From Schmidtea polychroa (taxonomy: Eukaryota): a stretch of DNA of 64,000 nucleotides. The stretch is taken from contig CM097885.1 of the NCBI GenBank assembly GCA_044892525.1, forward strand, positions 188,418,001 to 188,482,000. Direction: 5' to 3'. Position numbers and translations under genes: made by a program. Of the stretch, positions 26,701-36,896 are shown in pieces. Position 1 is the first letter of the stretch; every line of letters begins with the position of its first letter. The notes under the pieces were generated by a model that worked only from the letters and a program-made list of their open reading frames with translations, was not told the DNA's origin and ran no database searches.

Positions 26701-29700
26701 TACAAGTTAGCCGGCAACTTTCATAACCTGTGGATGGAACTCTTATTGATGAAGCTCCTCGCATTTCAATTGTTGTCTGCGAACTTTCACCATAGAAAAT
26801 GGCCGTTTCATCCATTGAAATACAAAATTCGGGATCATATTTTGATATATCCAAGCTATCAATAAAAGCTTTATAAGACAGAGTACGCTCGACTATATCA
26901 TCATCGGACAGTTTGAATAGCGTCGTTGATCGTCTCAATGAGAGGTCATATCGTTTCATAAAGCCAGACAACCACTTCCCAGAGGCGGAGAAACTCGATT
27001 CGGGATTACTAGAATTTTGTTGTGCCAGTCTAAGTGCATATTCTTGGATGTCAGAACGCTTTACGACTAAACTTCTAGATCTGCGCTCGATAATCCAGTC
27101 AAATATGTGTTCCTCAATGTCAGAAATTACCAATTTTCTTCCTCCGCCTTGAGCTCTGATCTGTCTCCCCGCATTCTTTAGCGATTGGAGATTCTCTTCC
27201 TCTGCTTTCCAACGACGAACAACTCGCAGATCAAGATTTACTTTTGCACAAAACTTTGCAAGGGTCATGCCGGATGTACGGGATTCACTGAGGATTCTAA
27301 GCTTATAATCTATTGTATAAGCCTTTCTGGAACTCTTCTGTGCGTTCATGGGTTAAAAAATGTCTACTAAATGAATATTGAATCAACGAAATTTAAAAAT
27401 CATTGTAAAAAACAATAATACAATAAAGTAAACGTATAAATGGTGTATGAATTAAAATAGGACTTGTAATAGGAGTAGGGCTTGTAATTATTTATTTTTT
27501 AAAAAACGAACAATGGGCTTGTATTGGGAGTATGACTTTTATTAGGCAAAACACGGTATTAAAATTATATACTATAATCACAGTTATCCTTATTTATTAT
27601 TATTAATTAATTTTAATTATAATTGTTTTATTAAGACATGCACTACCATAATCATTTAGTGCATTGCTCTAATCACGTGAAAAGACATGACTTTTGGGAA
27701 ATCAGTCATTCTTATTGAATCGTCAATATCGTCTTCGCCAGTCTTTTTTCGCAACTCTGAACCTTGTATAATTCTCTCGAATACTCACGGCTTGTCTGTC
27801 TATGATTGCGTTTAATGGCATTGAAATTTTAATGACACCTACAATTTAAGCATCAACTTTCCTTATAACATTTTTGTTTTCTATCTTCATGACATCTTGC
27901 ATTTTTTTCTCTTTGTTTTTCTTTCAAACGATACACTAAAACTATGCAGTCAATTCATCGGTCCAGAGATCTCATTTATTTCTTCACTGACTATGCAACT
28001 TTTTCGAAATGCAATGCTGTTTCTATATCCTTTTCATAATTGTAAATTTCCTAAGATTTCTTTTATCCTATCAATGTTGCTGGGTTTAAGAATGCTTCTA
28101 ACAATTAATTCTCAAATTCTTGGCTTGCTTCAGGAATTACTTTGTAAATTGACAATATTTCACTTTTATAAAATTTGTGTTCGCCATGTAAAGAATAAGA
28201 TTAAGTTTGTTGATGTAATATTTATTTAAATTCAAAATCTACTGTTATTTCCATTAACCTTCCTCTACATAATACCCCTCGTGATACACGGAGTACTGAA
28301 ATCGGGTCATGAATTTCAATATGAATTTCTCAATAATAAAATTAACATAATCAATAATTGCTTCCATGCATGTTTTAATTTAATATATTATTTACTGTCA
28401 TCACAATGATATCATAATATCTTTATGATATCAAAATAAAAAAAAATTAAAATAAATACAATAAATCACCACAATGTAGTATGTAGTTTTAGTGTATGTT
28501 TAGTATATAGTAAGCCGTTTTTAACCAGAAACTCCAGAATTCTAATATTCGAACAAGAAAAATAATCAATTCGACATTATAAAAGAAATACATACCAAAT
28601 TCCTACGAAATCGCATCTGTGTGCGCACACCAATACGAAAAACAATTTTAATAATAACATGCACACAGACGCGAGGCCGAAATCGACTGAAACAAACTCA
28701 ATTAAAAAATAATAAAGATTTAAAAATAGTTGGGCTTTTTCGGACGAGTCTCGACCACTGTATGGTCAATACTGGCTATTACTGTAACTTTTAGCCTTTA
28801 TCCTACTCCAGACAATAATAGAGGATCATTGACTGCCATATCGGGGAAATCCGGTACTTCAGTAACGTCATGTCTCTTGTTTATCACACGTTTTTGATAT
28901 TTCAATTATGTATAGATTTTTTATTTTTGTGGTAAGACAAAGCAGAACTAAATTAGTGACTTGTCGAACTTTGATTTGTGCTTTAGTTCGGTTTGAAGTT
29001 TAGACCCAATTCAGAATTCAGCAATGAACCCTGTACGATCAAAATAATAAATAATTCAAGCCCTATTCAGCAGTGCTTGGGAAAATTCGAAAACTTGAAT
29101 GATTTTAATGTTATTTTAAGACACAATAAAACCAAATAACCTGTCTTTATTTTTCTTGAAACTGTTAACTCGTCCATAGTGAAGCAGTCTATAATTGGAG
29201 CTATAAACAATTTATAGGCAGTACAATACGTGTCACACAAGCTGCTTACTGATGTCAATTTATTTGAAAGTACCTAATTAGAAAGAAGCTGTCATAATAT
29301 TTTATTGGTATTTCCAAATAAAGGGGCTGCAAAATCTATTTAAAAAAAGTTGATATCATTTTCGCATTCCGAATATTTGATTCGATTGGTTCCTCGGATT
29401 CGGCAAATAGTAATTTTAAATATTCGGACTTCGGTAGGCTTCTACCCTCCAATCAAATACAAATTACTCAAAAAGAAGCAAAAACATTTACAATTTAGAT
29501 TGACTAGTAAAATAAATTAAATTACAACCGGCATATCATACATACTTAATTGGTCAATAAAATAGTTAAAATTTTTATTAATGTTCATAAAGTCGATAAT
29601 ATATACAAAATGAAGTTAATTTCTTAATACTGTGATAAATTTTAATTAATTCTAAACAATATCTGGAACATCTTCGTTCAATTTCAACATACCACAAATA

Positions 29701-32034
29701 TTCAAATATTGATAAATAAATCACTTTCAATGTTTGGAAGTGTTCGAATTTACCTATAAATATGAATGTATCTATAATTTCACAATTGATTAAAAACTAT
29801 AATTTTAAAAAATTTTCGGAATCATATTGATTATCGTGTTAAAAAGGTTCGCTGCAAAATCTTATCAAATTTCAAATGATTTTCAATGTCTTCCATTACA
29901 TTTGAAAGTCTTCTGGCTATGACTAAATCCGTTTTTACAGTAATATTTATTTAAATTGGACAAATAATGATTCATTCGATAGAAAAGTCGGTTTTCAGAT
30001 AATATTGAACTTAAAATGTCACGATGTATAAATTCCAATATAATTCAAACCATGAACCGCGAATTTCTTCAAAAATATTTGAAAAATGACGTTTGTATGT
30101 TAAATTATCTCAATAATAAATAACAATTACATTAATTTTTCAAATCAATTTATATATTAATATAATAAATCTATATGTATAGCAAATAAATTTTGCAAAA
30201 ACATATATTGCCAAATAAATTATTCTTACAGCATCTAGCTGTTGTATTTATTAAAGTATTCTGTAGTATTCGTATTCTTGAAGAAAGTTTAGAATGGAAA
30301 TAATTTGTTCATTCCGTCTCTAAACAATTTTTGTTCGCTTTCGATGCTTTCAGCAAGAATTAAAATATCCGAGGAATTTATTCTCTTATCATTTTAGATA
30401 TCCACACAATATCCATATTTTTCGACATTTTATCCCCAACCAGGCATTTATTGATCACTTCTGAAACTATTAATTTTCTTTAATTTTGATGTTTCTGAAT
30501 TTTTCTGGCCGTGACTCACCAATTTAGATATTAAATTTGTTTTTTATATCAATTAACTAGGTCTCGTTTGTATAACTTTAATAGCCAAATAATTTTAAAT
30601 TAATTTAAAGTAATTCTAGCTAAGAAATGAGTGAGGTAGAAGGTGGTTTCACACCAAAGAGAAGGAAGTGCAATTACAATGCAGATTGGCAAAAAATATA
30701 TACTTGAGTCAGCGATACGGTTTTGAACCGGACAGTCCGTTAATTCAACTACTTGTCCGGTGGGAAAAAATTAAAAACAGCATAGTCTAAGGTTTATTTT
30801 AAAATTTTGTCCGGTATTCTTTAAGGTTTCACCTGGCAACCCTACTACTACTTTTGTATGTTAAATTATTTCAAAAATGAATTACAATTAATTTGCAAAA
30901 TCAATTTATATATTAATCTATTTCAAAATTAATCATTGACAATATATCGGTGGTCACGCCATGTTACTACGAAATAACTTTTTCTGATGAATGATCAACA
31001 ATGACTTCAAAATTGTTCTTTATAAATCCTACATATATATAGTTTGTATATGTGCAGACTATTTTTAGAAATAAATGAACAAATGAGAAATATTTTATTT
31101 TATTTGATCTAAAATTTTAACAACTTCCATATTTTTTAACGAATTGCCCTTCATCAATTTTCCCTAATTTTAAGAAACTATGACAGAAATGTTAGTAGTA
31201 AATAGTAGATTTTAAAGAAGTAAAATTGCTTGTCCGTAATTCTGAGTTCAGTAGATAACCAGTCGAAAATTTGTGAATATTTTTTTGTAATGAAGTTTTA
31301 AGTTACTGACTTCATAATTTGCAAGAGTTAATTTGAAAATAAGGCAATGGCTTTGCTCTATTGTCAAAAATGTCAAATCATGTTCCCATCTAATTCTAAA
31401 ACTTTTCTTGTCTTTTGACCCCATAATAAAGGGGTTTGAATATTCCTTTAATGTTTTGTAAACCTAACTCCAAAATAAATATGAAATTATGTGATAATTA
31501 TAACACTGTAAAATTACTAGATAATTTTTAAAATCTTTATTTCTTATATATTTAATATTTAATATATATTATATTGCCCAAACAATTTACTCAAGTAAAA
31601 ATATTTACTTTAAGTATTGAGTAGCCACATTAAAGACACTGAAATTTGGTCATGTGTGGTATATATTAATTACAAAATTAATATTGTTAATAAAAATTGC
31701 ATTAGTATTGATTGATAATATTTCAATAATTAATTTACATTTTGATTATTATCTCACACTATGTCATCTTAATTTGTAAATATATAAAATGCTCTTTATT
31801 TTAAAACATTTTCGAAACGACATTGGTTATCATGTAAAAAAAGTTTCTCTAAAAAATATTGATATTTCTGAGTCAGTTAATAAGAGTTGATTTCTTTTCA
31901 GTGGGCAACAAATGGCCCAGCAAATGCAGTCAGCTAATCCAGAACTAATCGACTCATTGAGAAATAGATTGCATGAGACCCCATCAAACATCGACAACAA
32001 CAATAAAGATGATAATCAGGAGCCCTCAATTTGA
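11716..32034 (+). CDS. SGTA: Small glutamine-rich TPR-containing protein (SGTA/SGTB family co-chaperone), 7 exons, 334 aa
   Basis: Exons are 11716-11815, 11862-12017, 12060-12159, 12287-12391, 12439-12723, 14706-14831 and 31902-32034 (1005 nt, all GT-AG, in frame). The protein has the N-terminal dimerisation segment (..CLESLEVAKQCLENVW), three TPRs ([62 protein letters not shown]), LSSILNNPMMMNMAQQMM, and the C-terminal GQQMAQQMQSANPELIDSLR motif typical of SGT proteins. Confidence 0.95.
13157..13286. promoter_or_regulatory. Pair of RFX X-box-like motifs in SGTA intron 5
   Basis: GTTACCATGACAAC (13157-13170) fits the DAF-19/RFX consensus GTHNYY-AT-RRNAAC. ATTACCATAGCAAC (13273-13286) fits RTHNYY-WT-RRNRAC. 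Motif match only. Confidence 0.35.
13559..13875. mobile_element. hAT (Buster/Charlie-type) MITE, 317 bp, copy 1
   Basis: TIRs CAGTGCTTCTTAAACT / CAGGGCTTCTTAAACT, degenerate 8-bp TSD GCCTAACC / GCTTAAGC, internal GCGACCCC repeats. Near-identical to 37546-37837 in the opposite orientation. Confidence 0.9.
14055..14426. repeat. Long inverted repeat / foldback-like element (about 133-bp arms, about 105-bp spacer)
   Basis: 14055-14187 is the reverse complement of 14293-14426 with about 16 mismatches by hand alignment. No TSD identified. Confidence 0.8.
15170..16500 (-). repeat. Tandem duplication of a roughly 600-bp unit (2 full copies plus a start) carrying a decayed antisense exon-like segment
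   Basis: The anchor GCATTAGTATTGATTGATAAT recurs at 15193, 15772 and 16419 (periods 579 and 647 bp). Further copies lie at 29990-30950 and 31680-31760. Confidence 0.85.
17990..19420 (-). pseudogene. Decayed Buster/ZBED5-like hAT transposase
   Basis: Minus-strand fragments with many stops and frameshifts: MDKYLSGLKRKLNE.., SFGFTCKIINDQERPLCLLC (BED-like), FTLQVDEATD (first catalytic D), WIGLCTGGAPSIAGKNAGLRTLVQKVAP (CTDGA motif decayed). Termini not resolved. Confidence 0.8.
19450..20691 (+). mobile_element. Decayed mariner element (about 1.24 kb)
   Basis: Transposase remnants: GSGRPRT HTH linker, RWVPH (19968), DEKWIY (20077), QHDNARPH (20314). Weak TIRs GGAGACCGGCAAAAAA / GGGGTCGACAAAAAAA flanked by TA (19448-49, 20692-93). 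Size is typical of mariner. Confidence 0.75.
21866..22627 (-). mobile_element. hAT (SPIN/GTF2IRD2-like, Buster group) deletion derivative, 762 bp
   Basis: Perfect 16-bp TIR CAGGGGTGGGCAAACT and 8-bp TSD GATTAAAC with central TA (21858-65 / 22628-35). Carries a minus-strand N-terminal transposase remnant (..CRECVSVFKEYNLKRHYETRH.., HKIVKRNKPFSDGEF). Confidence 0.92.
25944..27556 (-). mobile_element. Intact pogo-superfamily (Tc2/Passer-like) DNA transposon, 1613 bp
   Basis: 25-bp TIRs CCGTGTTTTGCC(G/T)AATAAAAGTCAT (1 mismatch), TA TSD (25942-43 / 27557-58), a single uninterrupted transposase ORF, and subterminal GACTTGTATTGGGAGTA-like repeats. Confidence 0.95.
26039..27349 (-). CDS. pogo-family DD35D transposase, 436 aa
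   Basis: N-terminal HTH (RKAYTIDYKLRIL), CENP-B/Tc5-type HTH (WIIERRSRSLVV..FSASGKWLSGFMKRYDLSLRRST), and a DDE_1 domain with SMDET, LIWDSASTH and QLMD. There are 35 residues between the second and third Asp. Confidence 0.95.
   Translation of the reverse strand: MNAQKSSRKAYTIDYKLRILSESRTSGMTLAKFCAKVNLDLRVVRRWKAEEENLQSLKNAGRQIRAQGGGRKLVISDIEEHIFDWIIERRSRSLVVKRSDIQEYALRLAQQNSSNPESSFSASGKWLSGFMKRYDLSLRRSTTLFKLSDDDIVERTLSYKAFIDSLDISKYDPEFCISMDETAIFYGESSQTTIEMRGASSIRVPSTGYESCRLTCILGVRLNGTKISPTAIIKGEKDTVIVRNGLNIMESEKAWSTQDILKKWIDINFPLVLRGQKRGFLIWDSASTHRATQMKSFLQTRNIDQVMIPSGMTGYLQLMDVAVNSPFKLGLRDKINDYIEHRMVKNAKGNAIKPPLVEVESWIRHSWGKINTNIINNGLRASYLLYNQNFSETLIYNHEIYGEKIRAAFDNLRNQDISASSQIIEDDMGDETAIFE
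29990..30950 (-). repeat. Dispersed copy of the roughly 600-bp unit at 15170-16500, interrupted by a hAT fragment
   Basis: Shares long stretches with the 15-16 kb units (GTATGTTAAATTATCTCAA; GTATTCTGTAGT..GGAAATAATTTGTTCATT..GCTTTCGATGCTTTC). Another unit start lies at 31680-31760. Confidence 0.75.
30627..30844 (+). mobile_element. hAT fragment (N-terminal codons plus one TAGGGTTGCCA-type end)
   Basis: Reads MSEVEGGFTPKRRKCNYNADWQKIYT*, followed by CCGGAC subterminal motifs and the terminus ..TGGCAACCCTA. The other end was not found. Confidence 0.5.
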
Positions 32035-32790
32035 TAACCGTTCTTCGTATGTTGCAACATCAAAATATCGTTTGTAATTATCAACAAAATGAGCAATGAA
32101 ATTTTGATTTGTTTGTAATTTATTTGAGCGGTTTAATACATTTTGTTATTGATTATCAGATTACATTTAGTTAGACTTCGTTTTGTCGCCAATTATCATG
32201 TGTAAATTAGTTATTATTAATATTACTATTATTTTTTTAATGAAATAACAAATTAGTTGTCAATTTTGTTTTAATTGTACAATAGAATTGTGATGTGAAG
32301 GTCAAAAAAGGGCTCTTTATTTCAAAAGTTAATATTTTGGTTGCGTGTTTGCATATTCATTTATTTCGTAGAAAATGGTTTTAAAGTTTTATATGAATAT
32401 CAATAAAATATGTAATTAAATATAGTTTTGTATTAAATATGAATTATTTGTGTAAAGGTAACATTTTTGTCATTTTAGGGTAAATAAATAAACTTTCAAT
32501 CGAATAAGATTAATATATTAATCAAGTTCTAGCAATACCTGCACAAATGCGTCTAGTCGTATATGTCACATCCGCAAATGTCGTGTATGAGGAAGTTTTA
32601 TGATGAAGAAATTTTTAAATTGAAAAAATTAAATTTTAGATTAATTTTTAAGATAAGAAGATATTTTAATTAAAAATATCTTCGTAGAAAATTTGTTTAA
32701 AGAAGATATAATTTGATTCTGATATTTACTGAAATAAAATTTATGGAAACAAAAACTGATTTTAATGTTTTACAGGATGAACAGCCTAAT

Positions 32791-33827
32791 ATGGTGGCAG
32801 CGGTAAACACTGACGCAATCACCGAAAGATTGCTACCAAAGGTATTCTGCCAAGGTGACGACTTGGAAAAGTTCATTAAAAGATGCGAAATTTATTTCGA
32901 CGCCAAGGGAATCACGCAGAAGAAAGATTAACATCTTGCATGATTGATGAGGATCTCCTGGAAGTGTATGCCAAAACACTGAAAAACGCCGAAGGATTCC
33001 AGGCTAGGTTGCGATTGGCATTCGATCGCGAAAGAGATGTTTTAAAGGATCTACAAAACTTGTTGAATTACAAGCGGAAGGGTGAAGAAATAGAAACGTA
33101 TTTTAAAAAGGTGGAGGACCTTGTTGATAGGTTGTTTGAAAATAAAGAATTTACCAAAGAGAAATTAACAGCAAGGATGTTAATAGTATGTGCGGAGAAT
33201 AAAGAAGTTGAGAAAGAAGTGATACTACGGAAGATAAAAAGCACAGAAGAAATAAAGGAAACACTAATTCTGATGGACAAAGTAGACAAGCAAAGAAAGC
33301 AGATAAACAGTATGAAAAGTTACGCCAGAGTGGTCTATCAGGAACCACAGGGAAGAGTACAATACAAGAAGAAAGAACAGAGAGAAGAAAGTATCCGAAG
33401 AGAAATGCCAGAATGCTAGTTATGCCACAAAATAGGACACACGAAAATTGATTGTCCAATAAAAGGTAAAATAAAATGCTGGACATGTCATAGAAGCGGA
33501 CATATAAGTAGAAACTGTCCAGATAAAAAAGCTCCAAGATTTTTTGGGTGTGGGAAAGAAGGTCATATAAGAAGATTGTGTCAGGAAATACGTTGTGAAA
33601 AATGTAGCAGAAATGGTCATAGATCCGAGGAGTGTTATACAAAGATGAGGTACGGGAGAGCGATGGAGAGACAAAGATTCACGGGAAACAGATACAGTCG
33701 GATAAATGGCATCGAGGAAGAAGAAGAAAGGGAATCGTGTGTAGAGACAAATGAAGATAATTTTAGGAAGACGTACCCAAACAACAGGGCTCCACCAGTA
33801 GAGGAGTTGGTTGGAGCCATATTCTAA
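32791..33827 (+). pseudogene. gag: gag with four CCHC-type zinc knuckles (frameshift near 32930, TAG at 33417-19)
   Basis: MVAAVNTDAITERLLPKVF..; knuckles C*LCHKIGHTKIDC, CWTCHRSGHISRNC, FFGCGKEGHIRRLC, CEKCSRNGHRSEEC. Confidence 0.85.
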
Positions 33828-33835
33828 CAGAAAAT

Positions 33836-36800
33836 TTGATGGGATATCCTCAAGGGACAGAAAAGTGCGATAATGTTGGAAGGGTAAGCGAGAAAGTATA
33901 CAGGTTCCTAAAGAGAGAAATGTTTGAAGAGGAAGTGGAAAGAATTGGAACCATTGAAACGGAGCAGATTGTTGAAATTTTGTATAACAAAATGCAAGGA
34001 AGGCCTAGTATAACAGTAAGGATGAATGGGGAAAATTTCGACTGTTTATTAGACACTGGTGCAAGAATCAATGTAATGAGTGTGAACTGTTTTAACAAGC
34101 TACGAGGACAACAATTGACGAAAAGTGACGATAAGTTACGATGCGCAAACGAGAGTACGATCGAGACAATAGGAAAAATGAAGGTGCAAGTAACCATTGG
34201 AAATGTTTCGAAGGAAGTTATATTCATTGTGGCGGAGAAAGTGACACCAGATGTGATTGGAGGAATCGAATTATAAGAAACATTTGGATTTAGACTGTTA
34301 AAAATTAAAGATATCGAAGCTAGTGAAAAAAAACAAGAACTATATTTGTAACATTGAAGCAAAATTTGGCAGAAAAATAAAGAATGAAGAACGATTGATA
34401 CGAGCGTTGGAACAGTTAAAGATCAATGAAGATAGCAAATTAAAGGAAATTATAAAAAACAGTGGAAACATGTTTATGGCAGATAAATGGGATGTGGGTC
34501 GCACATATTTGGTAAAACACAAGATAGTTACAAGAGGTGAGCCGATAAACATAAAACCATATCGCCAACCACTAAATTTGGAATCAAAGATTGAAGAAGC
34601 AATACAAAATTTGTACGAAAATGGAATTATACGGAAATGTAACTCTCCATGGAATACACCGCTAATATGTGTATGGAAAAAAGAGAAAAAGGATATTAGA
34701 CTATGCTTGGACTTTAGACAGCTGAACGCGGTAACAGAGAGGCAGGTATTTCCAATGCCAAACATAGACGAGATGTTGGATTTGTTAGGAGGATCCGTCT
34801 TTTTCAGCTCAATCGATCTAGGTAATGCATATTACCAAGTGGAACTAGAAGAAGAATCACAGGAGAAAACAGCTTTCTCAACAAAGAACGGACAATATTG
34901 TTTCAACAGAATGCCGTTTGGAATTGCAGCAGCACCAGGTACGTTCCAAGAAATGATGACAAAAGTATTAGGCAAAATAAAGGGAGCAATGGTGTATTTG
35001 GACGACATCTTGATTTATTCAAGCAGTAAATAGAAACACTATACAATACTTGGAGAAGTGTTAAAGGCGATTGAGGAAGCAGGCCTAAGGATTAATCCAG
35101 AAAAATGCCAAATAATAAAGGAAGAAATCAGATTCTTAGGACACGTAATCAGCAAGGAAGGAGTACAGACAGATTCATCTAAAATTCAGGCCATACAGAA
35201 CTTTGGGAAGCCTAATTGCCTAAAGAAACTCCGAAGCTTTTTAGGTATTTGCAATTATTATAGAAGATTCATCAGTGATTATGCAAAGGAGGCAAGGATG
35301 TTAGAACAATTATGTAGCGGACCAAGTAACAAAAAATTAGAATGGAGTGAAGGAACGAAAAGCGTGTTTGAGGGATTGAAATTAGCACTCACGACGGCGC
35401 CAATTTTATGTTTTCCGGATCTGAAAAAGGAGTTAATTTTAGATACCGACGCTAGTTTTGATACCATTGGAGCAGTACTTTCTCAAAGAGATAAAGATGG
35501 AGAGGAAAGATTATTTGCGTATGGATCACACTCGATGACGAGCCACGAGAAAGGATATTGTATTACAAGAAAGGAACTATTGGCGGTATATTATTTTTGC
35601 ATTCATTTTAAGCACTATCTCTACGGAAGAAGATTCACGCTCAGGACAGACCACAAGGCAATCACGTTTATGATGACATCCAAGAAGCCGATTACTTCAC
35701 AATTCCAAACATGGATCAATTATTTGAGCAGTTTAAATATAAGAGTAGAATACAGAAAGGGTATTAATCACCAAAATGCAGACATGGTGTCGAGAACTAA
35801 ATGTGACACGTGTGTTCAATGTCAAATGACCCACGAAGAAGCTAAGAAAGGAAAGATAAAAACCAGATTACTAGACTCGATCAGAGAAGAAGGAAGAAGC
35901 AACATCCAACATGGAATTGTAGAAGAAGTACGAAAGAAAACGACGATACCTGAAAATGAGTTACAAGAAACAATAAAGGAAATACATAGACTATTGTGTC
36001 ATGCTGGAGTCGAGAAGATTGCCGATTATATGAAAGATAGATATGTTGGAAAACACCTGTGGAGTCAGATTCAGGAGATTGTTCGAAGTTGTGAGATTTG
36101 TCAAAAAACCAAGGCTTTAACAATAACAACGAAAGAACCAGTAAGAAAACAAGATTCGAAGGAAATGTTCGAAATTATATTCGTGGATATATGTGGACCG
36201 TTGACAGAAACAAAAGGACGTAAGAAGTATATATTGGGCATAATAGAGCAGTATAGTAAGTATCAAGTCTTGACAGCGATAACAAAACAAGACGAAGAAA
36301 CAATAAAGAAAACGATTTTAGAAAAGTGGATTTTAAGATTTGGATGCCCAAAGGAGATAAGAGTTGATTGCGGAAAGGCGTTTGAATCAGGAATGATGAG
36401 AGAATTCACAAAGATGCTAGATATTAAATTATGTTTTTCGAGTCCATACCATCACCAAACAAACGGTCAGATAGAAAGACAATTCAGGACAATACGGGAT
36501 TTGATAAATGCTACTTTACAGGATAGAAAGAAGACAGATTGGGCAGAGATATTACCAGAAGTTGAATTCACTTTAAATGCAACCAAACAAAAAACGACAG
36601 GGAAAAGCCCGGCAGAGATAGTTTTTGGAAAAAAGATTAGCAAGGAAAAATGGTACGGGTCCAAAGAAATACCGATAAAGGAAGAACTAGAAGAACAAAC
36701 AAGGAGAAAATTCAATGTAGGAGAAGAAGTATTAGTAAAAGTAGAAACACGCCACAAAGGCCAGGACAGGTATGAAGGTCCGTACAAATTGATAGAGAAA

Positions 36801-36896
36801 GTGCATGACAGACGATACATCTTAAGAAATGAAGATGGAAAAAGGATCGAAAGAAATGTGGAAAAACTTAAAGATTTCTTAAGAAGGGGGATATGA
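33836..36896 (+). pseudogene. pol: pol (protease, RT, RNase H, integrase) with TAA at 34274, a frameshift near 34325 and TAG at 35031
   Basis: Protease CLLDTGA; RT LCLDFRQLN / FNRMPFG / VYLDDILI; RNase H ILDTDAS..KELLAV..TDHKA; integrase HRLLCHAG..CEIC, VDICGP, RVDCGKAF, NGQIER, and a C-terminal GPY motif. Confidence 0.93.

Larger units (their letters stand above)
24560..28405 (-). mobile_element. Heavily decayed Ty3/Gypsy element interrupted by the pogo insertion
   Basis: Minus-strand RT/RNase H remnants at 24.8-25.8 kb (LCLDFLSLNKFTEREAFPRPTIKEMLD; KQYLYENKLILRADYKAITFMIT) parallel the pol at 34-36 kb. Diverged direct repeats at 28405-28187 and 24730-24560 act as LTRs. There is a PBS-like TGGCGAACAC at 28186, a PPT-like AAGGAAAGA at 24739-24731, and a near-TSD ATCAT/ATGAT. 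Confidence 0.65.

Noticed and set aside
33068-36820. Several minus-strand ORFs over the Gypsy element (and over the hAT and pogo ORFs)
   Set aside because: Antisense shadows of purine-rich coding strands; no independent motifs.
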